A stretch of DNA of 63,098 nucleotides, filler included, from Octopus bimaculoides (lineage: Eukaryota): the NCBI RefSeq assembly GCF_001194135.2. It is 5 parts of 5 records of this genome, joined end to end, with 100 filler letters (N's around TTAATTAATTAA, not from the genome) between each part and the next. Parts side by side here need not be neighbours in the genome. Positions count along the whole stretch, not along the records: positions 51,886 to 63,098 come from NC_068998.1; 4 more parts are not named here. One strand, written 5' to 3'. Both the position numbers and the translations under genes were made by a program. Shown piece after piece: positions 52,215-63,098 of the stretch (its first letter is position 1; each line of letters opens with the position of its first letter). The notes beneath the pieces were generated by a model, which saw only the letters and a program-made list of their open reading frames with translations, was not told where the DNA came from and searched no databases.

Positions 52215-52420
52215 TTTGTGTGTCTGTTTGTCTCCCCATCACCATCGCTTGGCAACTGGTGTTCGTGTGTTTACGTCCCCGAAACTTAGCGGCTCGGCAA
52301 AAGACACCGACAGAATAAGTACTAGGCTTACAAAGAATAAGTCCTGGGGTCGATTTGTTCGACTAAAAGGCGGTGCTCCAGCATGGCCGCAGTCAAAATG
52401 ACCGAAACAAATAAAAGAAT
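52215..52420 (+). mobile_element. SINE family 2, 3' half (further pieces at 53035-53200 -, 53985-54150 -, 55560-55700 -, 60520-60700 -)
   Basis: GTTTACGTCCCCGAAACTTAGCGGCTCGGCAAAAG...GAATAAGTCCTGGGGTCGATTTG...CCAGCATGGCCGCAGTC. Confidence 0.85.
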
Positions 52421-52425
52421 AAAAG

Positions 52426-52479
<54 letters not shown>

Positions 52480-52611
52480 ATGTGTGTGTGTGTGAATATA
52501 TATAATGCATGATATGTATTTATGTGTATGTAAATGTATGTTTGTATACATACATATATAGTATACACTATATATATACAAACACATAGGTACACACAAG
52601 CACACATATAT

Positions 52612-52647
<36 letters not shown>

Positions 52648-53394
52648 GGATATATACACATATATGTGTATGTGTGTGTACGCGTGTGTGTGTGGACAAT
52701 ATTTATTGCCAAACGTTTCAAACCTGTACGAAGAGGAACAGTGTGCTCCTTATTTTCGACTTTAAGTGGTACTTAAAAAAAAAAGAGAAAAAAAGAAAAA
52801 AGAAGAAAACGAAAAAAAAAATGTAAAAATGGAAAGAGAAAGAGAAAGCGAGCGATAAGGGCTTGGTCTCATCAAAACAGATGAGAGGGATAAAAAGACC
52901 CCGTTGATTATACTATTAAATACTCCTGGCATGCGAAGCGGTCGAGTGGGGCCGTTGTGAAAGTACTTGAACTTAACATGTAATGACATATAATGACGTC
53001 TTTTATCTTTTATTTGCTTCATGCGCTAGACAACGCCCATGCTGGGGCACCGCTTCGAAGAAGTCATTAGTCGAATGTATATCTCCCAACACTTATTTTT
53101 TTTAAGCCTAGTATTTATGCTATCGATCTCTTTTTTTGCTGAACCGCTAAATTACGGGTACGTAGACACATCAGCATCGGTTGTCAAGTGGTACTGGTAT
53201 CGAGGGACAAACACAGGCACACACATTGATGTATATACATATATATAACTAAAAGTACCGACCAACATCCATATTCTCTGGAAAAAGATGAGTTGTGAAC
53301 ATTAACTCTTTATTCTTCTATTTTATTCCTTATAATCTGTAAGTTTTATTCTTTGTAAACTGTAGATTTTCACCGTCTAAAATATTCATACCTT

Positions 53395-53469
53395 GTCTTT
53401 GGTGACGGAATAGCCAGTGCACGGATATGCTGACAACCACTTGGGTTATCTCAGAAACAGCTGTAAGAC
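53395..53469 (+). ncRNA. Degenerate hammerhead, same family as 15861
   Basis: GTCT-TTGGTGA (core mutated from CTGATGA)...GAAACAGCTGTAAGAC; the 3' 16 nt are identical to 15901-15916. Confidence 0.6.
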
Positions 53470-53819
53470 TTCAAATTCACCTTACCTTAATATTAAATTA
53501 TTCTAAATGACTCGAGATGCTCGTCCTGTCTTGGTTTTGATTTTTCCTCTAATATAATATAATATAATATAATATAATATAATATAATATAATATAATAT
53601 NNNNNNNNNNNNNNNNNNNNNNNNNNNNNNNNNNNNNNNNNNNNNNNNNNNNNNNNNNNNNNNNNNNNNNNNNNNNNNNNNNNNNNNNNNNNNNNNNNNN
53701 NNNNNNNNNNNNNNNNNNNNNNNNNNNNNNNNNNNNNNNNNNNNNNNNNNNNNNNNNNNNNNNNNNNNNNNNNNNNNNNNNNNNNNNNNNNATATATATT
53801 CTCATATATTCACACATAT

Positions 53820-53965
53820 ATATATATTCTCCGTATTCTTTCTGTTGAAGAGCGTAGCTCGAAACGTTAAAGACTTTCCGTATTCCCGAGCGTCATACTA
53901 ATACATCCTTTTGTTGTTTACATCACCTGTCCTCGTCTGTTGTTGTTTTTTTTTCGTACATTCTC
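53820..53965 (+). mobile_element. Solo pLTR of the 34870-36480 PLE family with hammerhead-like motif at 53837-53873
   Basis: TCTTT-CTGTTGA-A-GAGC-GTA-GCTC-GAAAC-GTT-AAAGA, then CCCGAGCGTCA.ACTAATACA as at about 36400; (TA)n on both sides. Confidence 0.75.
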
Positions 53966-54229
53966 CCACTTATATATATATAGTTACATACGACGTGCTT
54001 CTTCCAGTTTCCATCTACCAAATTCACTCACAAGTCTTTATTCGGCCCGAGGCTATAGTAGAAGACACTTGCCCAGGGTATTCTGCAGTGGGACTGATTC
54101 CGGAACCAAGTAGTTGGGAAGCAAGCTTCTTACCACACAGGTATGCCTGCGCTTATAACGAAAAATTAGTCCAAACGCCGCTTGAGATAGTAATGTCCAG
54201 AATTTTATGAAAATGATGAATGTATTGTG

Positions 54230-55110
54230 GAACTGCCTTCTCAGGTGCCGAATTGTAGGCCCATAAACTTGCCCCGGTTTATATATGCTTTTGTACTCTG
54301 GATGCTTTCAATATGGTGCCGCCACCATTTTGGTTTCTGAAATGTCTGACGGCATGACAGCAACGCAGTTTGTGCATATAACCACGTCCCTTCTGTGCAA
54401 TACGTCGCGAGGAGCAAGCAACGTACCTAACTTCATTCAGTAACTGTGGATCAAGCACAAAAAACGTGCATGAGCGACGTGAGGGATATCCTTGATGGAC
54501 CGAGTTCGTAATTTGAAACAGTTTCAGTTGGTGGTCATTTAGTTTGGACCACTGAACAGATGCCGCTGTATTAAGAAATGATGCACAACTTCCGAAAATG
54601 GAATCTAAGTGTAGCCACCAGATAGCAATGGTAGACCGTTTTGAATATTTCAGATTGATTTAAATTGACCAGACCTCTGTGAAAGTCAGATCTATACCGA
54701 CCCTTCTCTACGTGTATCGTATGAGGTGGAGATTGTTTTAGGTTGGTCATCCTTGAATCGGAAGATACTAGTGTCGACCTTTTAGCAAGCACCTTGGCCT
54801 ATAACTTCACCTCTATATTTAACAAAACTGTTGGTCTGAATTTGTCCATGACATCTCTCTTGGCCTTATCTTGTTTTTATCAGCGTCTCTACACCCTCGC
54901 AGATGCAATTGGGAATGCATGCAATCTGCTGCTAGTTTCAATAGACGTCTACCACGACGATAGTGAACAAATCTGGCATTTTATCATAAAACTCCATCTA
55001 AACCAAATAATTTTTCCCCTTCGCACACAACCGCTCATTGCGTCATCTCATATCTCAGTTGCTATTATCGGCTTTTCGCTGCATCCCCCCCTCTCCCGTT
55101 GAGAATCAAT
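54230..55110 (-). mobile_element. Decayed Tx1/L1-clade RT fragment
   Basis: GLDG...DKMPDLF; DKFRPTVLLNIEVKL.AKVLAKR; NLHLIRY; VHQGYP. Confidence 0.7.
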
Positions 55111-56137
55111 AACTTGTTTTTTTTCTTCTTTTTAAATTAAAGATTAAATTTGTTAGTTGTTCGTCGGAACACACGTAATAATTGAATTTTGTAATAACTG
55201 AAGAAAGACCGGTCAAGGTCTTCTCGAAAAGAAGATATAATCTAAAAGAAATAGAACTGGATGAAGAATTATAAATATACAATAAAGACAGCAGTTTATT
55301 ATCTTAGTCTGGTGATGCGTGATAATATTAATAGCTTTGAAAACAGTGCGTACAATCTTAAAGATCTTTACGTTTTATTACAGAGTGATAATGATGTGTT
55401 GCATAATGGACAAGCTAGTGGGAAGTCTTGATGGAGACTGAGGATTAAACTTAACAGAGATTACAGATTAGATTTTTGAAGATTAGTGCTTACAGAGATG
55501 CAATCAAGACGTTTTCTTCTGGTTCAGTTATTCATTTATGGTTGTTTTATTTTGCTTGCTTTAGTTATTGGAATGCGGCCATATTGGAGCACGGCCTTGA
55601 AGATTATAGTCCATCAAACCGTTCTCAGAGAAATGCTTTTAAGTTGGGCACTCATTTTATCAATTTCTTACGCTGAACCGCTACATTACGGGACAATATT
55701 AGCTGATACAAACACGAGTACTCACTCACACACACACACAAACTCACGCATACGCACGTTCATACATACAGAGACACAGACACACACATAAATATACGTA
55801 CACACACATACATATACTTATATTTGTGTATGTATATGTGCGCGCATGTATGCATGTGTGTGTGTTCTGTGTATTTATATACGACGCGCTTCCGCACAGT
55901 TTTCGTATACAAATTCTCTCATAAGGCGTTAATCGACCCGAGGGTATCATAGATTTGGCGTTAAATCTATTAACGGCTTTCTCTTTACATCATATACTTA
56001 CGTAAGCGGTTGTCTTGTCAGTTTTAAAATTGTTTTCGTTATGACTTCAGTAATATTAAAAATTCTATAAGCAATTTCTAAAGCTTAGTTAACTATATAT
56101 ATAGTTAAAATTTTTATATATGTGTGTGTATATATAT

Positions 56138-56238
56138 AGTTGAAATTTACAGAAAACAAAAGACGAAGACAGGTGTGAGAACAACAAGCAGGTGTATTAG
56201 TTTAACGCCCGGGAAGAATGACGAAGTCTTTTACGTTT
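56138..56238 (-). mobile_element. 5'-truncated pLTR of the same PLE family
   Basis: Minus strand AAACGTAAAAGACTTCGTCATTCTTCCCGGGCGTTAAACTAATACACCTGCTTGTTGTTC...GTAAATTTCAACTAT matches 36377-36478. Confidence 0.8.
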
Positions 56239-56568
56239 TATACATACATGCATACATACATACGCACACACATACATATATGTATGTATGTTCATTTATA
56301 GAAATATATAAAATAATATATAACATGGTATATAATACGGTATATAAATATGTAAAATAATATATGCAATATAAGTATAGAACAATAAATCTAAAATAAT
56401 AAATACAAAATAAAAATAAAATTATATATATATATATATAATTTTATTTTTATTTTGTATTTATTATTTTAGATNNNNNNNNNNNNNNNNNNNNNNNNNN
56501 NNNNNNNNNNNNNNNNNNNNNNNNNNNNNNNNNNNNNNNNNNNNNNNNNNNNNNNNNNNNNNNNNNNN

Positions 56569-56601
<33 letters not shown>

Positions 56602-56889
56602 TAGCAGATATATTCGGCGTTGCCCGGGTTAAAGAGACTAATGAAATTTAAAAGCGCCATCTAGATTACGTAAGTTTCAACTGCTAGTAGCTGAGATACC
56701 AACTTTTTACATTAATAACTCTCCAACCCATGCCAGCATGGAACATAGACGTTAAGTGAAATGTTAAAAGAACGTTTTCAACTCATATATGTATATAAAG
56801 TAAATACACGAAATCCAAAGCACGTTTTGTGTAGCTTATTTGGTAACCCCTCCCCCCCGCCAAAAAAAAACAGGTACAGATTCTAAACA

Positions 56890-57500
56890 ATGAAACGCCG
56901 ATTTTGTTGATTCATTTGACAGGGGTAGTAGTGAACCAATCCGATGATAAATCTAACCTTCGATCTTGAAAGTTTGCATGAATACTGGCTCAGTTAAATC
57001 TCTTGTGGCTCTAAATGATGTCATCTGTAGTGCAGCGTTGTATTGTCTAATTTTGTTTTGGAAGTGCTTGGAATCTTGATGACAACAGTTTCTTCAATGG
57101 TTTTAGAGGTTGGGGGATTGCAGGGAGTTTAATCTTTCCACCACTGCAGTACAGTGCAGCTGTCTCTCCAAGCCACCTCCTTGCTTTACATTGCATGCAC
57201 TCAGTTGTAATTGCACCAATGGAAACTCTAGTGTCATCTGCATAATGAACTGCTGGATCATAATTGAAAGCTGCTTCATAGAAATTGCTTCTCTGAGCTG
57301 TTTCAACTGCTCTTCGTTCTTCAGTGGAGATCCTTGTCAGACGTGCAAACTTCTGTTCATCATTTTGAGATGCTCTGGCTTTTGTAGTGCACAGTCTGTT
57401 CGCTTCTTGGTATGATTTCCTTTCTGCAGCTGCCTCTCTTTCCCTGGAGAGAGACATTCTTTTGGCTGACCTTAACTTTGTAGACAAATTTGACACTTTC
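56890..57500 (-). mobile_element. Helitron RepHel N-terminal fragment
   Basis: IGAITTECMQCKARRWLGET...CSGGKIKLP...PLKKLL, then KIRQYNAALQMTSF...TFKIEG*IYHRIGSLLP. Confidence 0.9.
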
Positions 57501-57798
57501 CTTCTACACAGGCGCAGAAGATAGTAAACAATGAAAATAACTGGGTAACGGAAATTATATTTCTTAATACTACGGGCAGAAAGTAAATAAGAAATTTTTG
57601 AAGCGAAATTTGTCATCTAGTGAACCAAAAAGCCAGTATCGAAGGAATAAAAAAAAAGCTGTTCACAACAGAAAAACACAAGACCGTTGCAAAAGTAAAT
57701 AAGACATTTTTAGGGAAATTGACTAAGTATATGGATTTAAGTGAAGGTTTTGAAGTTACTTCTGTCAGTAAATTATGAACTTACTTTTATTAGTAATT

Positions 57799-57839
<41 letters not shown>

Positions 57840-58654
57840 AACGCAAAACATTGCAAAGTTAAGAAATTTGTAGGCAAATTTATGGAAGTGTACGAATGGA
57901 AGTCAAGTTTATGAAGTTATTTCTGTCAGTAAATTATGTATCTGAAACTAAGGTCGACTTTACATTTTATACCTTGGGGTTCGATAAAATAACTACCAGT
58001 CAAGTACTGGTGTTGATGTCATCGACTTCCCCCTCTCCTCAAAAACTACTGGTTCTGAAAAATTTGAAAACATTTCTATTAAAAATGTTTTTTGACATCA
58101 CAATTTTTTCCTAATTTATTAATCTGATTATCCCTTAATGACTCTTTCTGGTTGCAAACTTTAATTAACGAATGTTACTTAACTTGAAATGCTAATTATC
58201 CCAAATGTTAATTAGCTGACACCACAATAATTACACTTTGAATTTTCATATACTTTTTAAATGTGGTTTCTTTTTAGCTCCAGATCAACTCCACGATCAT
58301 CTTGTTTCAAGCAACTTCTATGATGAACCTAGAAACAGATATCTTAACAAATCTTTTAAAAACTTCTCTGTTATTTTTTATTTTGTTTTAGCTGTTTACA
58401 ATATTGAAGTTAAGTTCAATATCAGTTTTCTCAAGAATGAAATCGATTTGTGCAGCTCAAAAAATTGTGTTTCTGTATCAATACAAGGAATTATTATTAA
58501 TACAATCAACGGTCTAAATATAGACCCTATTATTTTGTGACAATAATATAGTCGATGAAATTACCCATTTCTACTTCTTCATAGGCATGTACTTTAACAA
58601 CCCTTTAAAAAAATCATGTAGGGGAGTATTACAAACAACTTAGAAACTTACAGC

Positions 58655-59012
58655 TGCAATAGGGTAAAGGGTAAAGACACCCACCTTTTGATCATTAATA
58701 ACCATTGGATTGTACCTAGAAAGTTACCTTCCGTGGCACAAGATCGGGCCAGATTGTTTATGGAAGGCCAGCAGTCACGTGTGCATACCAGCCTTTCTTC
58801 ACTATGCCACTGATATTGTCCAAGGGAAAGCAAAGGGGCCGATACAGCTTGGCACCAGTGACGTCACAACTCATTTCTACAGCTGAGTGAACTGGAGCAA
58901 CATGAAATAAGGTGTCTTGCTCAAGAACACAACATGCAGCCCGGTCCGAGAATCGAACTCTCTACCTCATGATTATGAGCCTATCACTTTAGCCACCGAG
59001 CCATGCACCTCA
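58655..59012 (-). mobile_element. SINE family 4 (tRNA head plus CORE-like block)
   Basis: Minus strand GGTGCATGGCTCGGTGGCTAAAG (A box), GAGTTCGATTCTC (B box), GTTGTGTTCTTGAGCAAGACACCTT. Confidence 0.75.
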
Positions 59013-59445
59013 ACAGCTTCAATACTCAGTTTTAAATTCACATTTATATTTATAATTAATTGGCGGATACGGCTTTTTTTTAATTAGTAGATATCTCAGC
59101 GGCAGACTCAAAAAACTTGGGTTTTCAAGCAGTGATCACCTAATGCGCACTTTACAAATGCAATCTGTAAGGTGATCAGTTGAATTATGTAAGACTTGTC
59201 GGAAATTTAGCATTTAACCCCGATCGCTTTTGTTATGCAAATTCCAATGATGAAGTTTTTGTTTGCTTTGTTAGTAACCAGATCGTTACTGAGAGGGAAA
59301 GAAAAATCAAATAATAATAATAATAAAAAAAAAAACAAAGCAAATAACAAGACATATCCACATACATATACGTACACATACATCATATATGCGTAGTTAT
59401 ATACCCATTCAGATGCACACACACACACACAATCATATATACATA

Positions 59446-59497
<52 letters not shown>

Positions 59498-60251
59498 TAT
59501 ATGTAATATATGTAAATATATGCATATATATATTATATATNNNNNNNNNNNNNNNNNNNNNNNNNNNNNNNNNNNNNNNNNNNNNNNNNNNNNNNNNNNN
59601 NNNNNNNNNNNNNNNNNNNNNNNNNNNNNNNNNNNNNNNNNNNNNNNNNNNNNNNNNNNNNNNNNNNNNNNNNNNNNNNNNNNNNNNNNNNNNNNNNNNN
59701 NNNNNNNNNNNNNNNNNNNNNNNNNNNNNNNNNNNNNNNNNNNNNNNNNNNNNNNNNNNNNNNNNNNNNNNNNNNNNNNNNNNNNNTATATATATATATA
59801 TTCATACATACATAGATATATATATACATACATACATCCATACATGAACAATTAATGAAAATTAAACGAAAACAGTAGGTAGCAATTAAGCGCACTAAAA
59901 CATTGTAAGAACTTCAGACAAAACTTCAGAATTAATGCAAATAAGAACACAATGTGAAATATGATGGTCAGAGTTTTATTGCATTCTTAATGAGACTCAT
60001 AATAGATGACAAGAAAGGTTCTTTCAACTGGAAAACCTTTGATAAATGAATAAAGATTTTTTATTTGAATGCCTTCAGTGGAAGTTATATTGAATCGATA
60101 ATTAAAATGCTACAGTGTCTTAAAATTGAGAAATTTGTATTTTTAATTCACAAATTATAAATTGAATGTTTATAAACGTTAATTTATTGCTAGTTTGATT
60201 TTCTTCTGGTTCATATACACACACATACATACACACACACATACATATATA

Positions 60252-60478
60252 CAGTAATCCCTCACCATATCACGGTTTGCCTATCGCGGTTCGCCTATCG
60301 CGGTTTATTATTTAAGCTTACGTCAATTCCTCCGTGCTGTTGTTTTGCATTTATAATAAAATAAATAGATATAAATTATAAAAAAATTATACGGTTCAGT
60401 ACTGTTTCTACTTCGCGGATTTTCACCTATCACGGGAGTTTTTGGAACGTAACTCCCGCAATAGTCAAGGGATTACTG
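60252..60478. mobile_element. pogo/Tigger-type MITE
   Basis: TIRs CAGTAATCCCT / AGGGATTACTG, TA target duplication on both sides, 227 bp, non-coding. Confidence 0.85.
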
Positions 60479-60517
<39 letters not shown>

Positions 60518-60714
60518 ATGTTTCTTCCATTTGTTTCTGTCATTAGACTGTACCACCTCAAAGAATTTACTTCGAACGAATCGACCCCACTACATATTCT
60601 TAAAGCTTAGTACTTATTCTATCGGTCTCTTTTTTTGCGAACCTCTAAGTTAAGGGAATGTAGAGGCAGCATGTAGAACCATGTGGTTGGCAAGCAACCT
60701 ACTTTATTTCTTTT

Positions 60715-60915
60715 AAATTGCCATAAAGGCATTATCCCGATTTTGCGGCCGAAATCGGCAGTACGGGACCCGCGAACACCTGAGGTCTTGAAGGTGACCG
60801 GTACAAACTGAAAGAGGCCGGCCAGGCTCCTGTATTCATTTATTTTTCTCTTCTCTGTGTTACGGGTAACGATACCCGTGTTTATGGCTAACTCATCAGA
60901 GTTTGAGCCGCTGAA
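60715..60915 (-). mobile_element. CRE-like non-LTR retrotransposon REL endonuclease C-terminal fragment
   Basis: GIVTRNTEKRKINEYRSLAGLFQFVPVTFKTSGVRGSRTADFGRKIG (cf. GxAAxxAExxKxxKY...FxPxAxETxGxWG...FxxxIG). Confidence 0.65.
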
Positions 60916-61295
60916 CATGAAAATGAAATATAGAAAGGCGATTATTTACCAAAATAAAAAAATAGTTCATTTTTCGAAATATTCCTTGCCTATATCGTTA
61001 ATCACATTTAACATCAGCTCTGTAGGTCATTTGTCAAGAACATTTACATACAATCTGTCTTCTAGCTACTGTTTAAAAACGAATTTATCTTTTCATTATG
61101 AGTTAATATTTCATTATGAAAACATTTCAGTTGTTTATATTCTCTGTTCTTCTCCCGGGTTACAATATATTTGTTATCGTGTTTGCAGCTATTTTTGTTA
61201 GTAACAGCGACGTCGTACAAGAAGCTTATCATTAAAGCAAAGTGAAATTGTCGCTGTCTGATTACGAAATGTTATAATTGCTGTATCTGTCTGTG

Positions 61296-61420
61296 CATTA
61301 TTTACATTATATTTGTCCTCATCTTGTTTGTTGTTAACAACAAACAAGATGAGGACAAATATCCGTTGAATGTAAATAATGTAAACAATATACATAATTC
61401 CTCATCTCTTAAATATAGAA
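61296..61420. mobile_element. Fold-back retro-insertion flanked by a 15-bp target duplication
   Basis: Perfect 54-bp palindrome 61309-61362; CTGTATC(T/A)GTCTGTG at 61281-61295 and 61421-61435; body matches 24626-24660. Confidence 0.75.
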
Positions 61421-62629
61421 CTGTATCAGTCTGTGTTTTATTTACTGCGATGTGTTTATTTATTATTTTTTGTGCCTTATTCTCAATTTTAAGAATAAGA
61501 TTACAAGAACTGCTCCTTGTGTTCAACATTTATCATTTGCTGACTTTATGGTTTCGTTTTGAAATAATTCAGTCTACATTGAAGTTCGTTTTAATACAAT
61601 TCCATTTTATTCGGAGAGCCAACAAGGAGACCTTTTTGTGTCATTTTATAGCGGGTATAATATGAGTAACTATGGGATACCTTTCCATAAATTCTCATAT
61701 ACACGTAATATTTTCATATTCTCAAAAATCTATCGCCAGTAAGCTACCAGCAAAATATGAAGAATTTATGCTAGAAATCGCCCTTTGGAACCCTCCAAAG
61801 TAAAGGATGAAATTTAATTCAACCTTTTCACACACACACACACACATATATATACATACATATAATATATATNNNNNNNNNNNNNNNNNNNNNNNNNNNN
61901 NNNNNNNNNNNNNNNNNNNNNNNNNNNNNNNNNNNNNNNNNNNNNNNNNNNNNNNNNNNNNNNNNNNNNNNNNNNNNNNNNNNNNNNNNNNNNNNNNNNN
62001 NNNNNNNNNNNNNNNNNNNNNNNNNNNNATATATAATACATATATATGTATATATATGTGTGTGTGTGCATATATGTATGTACACACATACAGGCACACA
62101 CACACATACACACATACGTATTCATGTGCAGAAATACTAACTATTCTAGATCAAATCTAATTGCATAACATATGGTCTACGTCGGTGAAGATAAAACTGA
62201 AGTGTCCTTGGTAACTGAAAGATCTGCCGTTGATAAGAAACCCGTGTCAATGCCGAAGGCTGGATCAATCAACAGATAAGGGTTCAATCTTAAATCAATC
62301 CTGAAATCCTAATACAATAATGTCCGAATTTCTAGATAAGCTAAGCTATATTTTCATCAAAGCTTTCTCTGATTTATAGATTTATAAATAGTTTGATCGA
62401 GAAAGTTCCTGTGAGCCCTATTATCTTGTGAATTTCTAATTCAAGTGCTCTTATCCTTTCTAAGCATACCGTTTGCCATTTCTTAATTTAGCCCATTCTT
62501 ACTCTTATCTCCTATCTTTCTCTCGAGCACAACCGCGATCTCTTCTGTGTTTCTACCGCCATACAGATACATATATATATATATATATATAAGTACATGT
62601 GCGCAGACAAAACCGCGCGTGCACACACG

Positions 62630-62695
<66 letters not shown>

Positions 62696-62698
62696 ATT

Positions 62699-62930
62699 AA
62701 GGTGGCGAGCTGGCAGAAACGTTAGCGAACTGGGCGAAATGCTTAGCGGTATTTCGTCTGCCGTCACGTTTTGAGTTCAAATTACACCGAGGTCGACTTT
62801 CCCTTTCATCGTTTCGTGGTCGATAAATTAAGTACCAGTTACGCACTGGGGTCGATGTAATCGACTTAATCCCTTTGTCTGTCTTTGTTTGTCCCCTCTG
62901 TGTTTAGCCCCTTGTGGGCAATAAATAAAT
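62699..62930 (+). mobile_element. SINE family 1, full-length, well preserved
   Basis: AAGGTGGCGAGCTGGCAGAAACGTTAGC (A box)...GAGTTCAAATT (B box)...GGGCAATAAATAAAT. Confidence 0.9.
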
Positions 62931-63098
62931 AACACACATATATATCGTTTATAAAATCATAAATCCGAAAGAACGAAACTCTAAAATGTAGAGCGGTGTA
63001 TATTAAAAATGGTGAAGGCTGGTTTATGGCATTACCCATAGGTTTCCTGCCTATAAAGGATTTAATTTTATGGGATCTGACGATGCGCCATAAAGCTA

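Noticed and set aside
56389-56474. Perfect 86-bp palindrome centred on (TA)n
   Set aside because: It ends exactly at an N gap and pivots on a self-complementary microsatellite, typical of a de Bruijn turn-around artefact.
57748-57940. 34-nt poly(A) between roughly 30-bp imperfect direct repeats
   Set aside because: No retrogene body and the poly(A) is not adjacent to the second repeat; likely a local duplication near the Helitron remnant.

Overview
AT-rich eukaryotic scaffold made almost entirely of repeats, with about 6.5 kb of N gaps. The microsatellite load ((CA)n, (TA)n, (TACA)n, (TAA)n) and the tRNA-derived SINE families resemble those I recall from Octopus; this taxon call is inference. 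No host protein-coding exon can be supported, and nearly all long track ORFs are microsatellite or N-run artefacts or transposon remnants. Four identical 100-bp artificial joins (44N-TTAATTAATTAA-44N) split the window into five blocks whose adjacency is unproven. Transposon remnants include R4/Dong LINEs stacked in (TAA)n tracts, Tx1/L1, CR1-like, RTE and CRE-like LINEs, many Penelope-like (PLE) pieces, a CsRn1-type Gypsy element, a Helitron, a pogo/Tigger-type MITE, a foldback-like element and at least four SINE families. The strongest hidden signal is RNA structure. There are two type I hammerhead ribozymes with an intact core (40677-40748, 15861-15916). A variant-core family (CUGUUGA+A) shows a compensatory stem II change between copies (36351-36388, 53837-53873), and there are degenerate hammerheads. 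A tRNA-headed SINE-like element carries a hammerhead 5' half, and its tail recurs as a TSD-flanked fold-back insertion. PLE-associated hammerheads are a known class; these particular families and the tRNA-SINE/hammerhead chimera may be undescribed.
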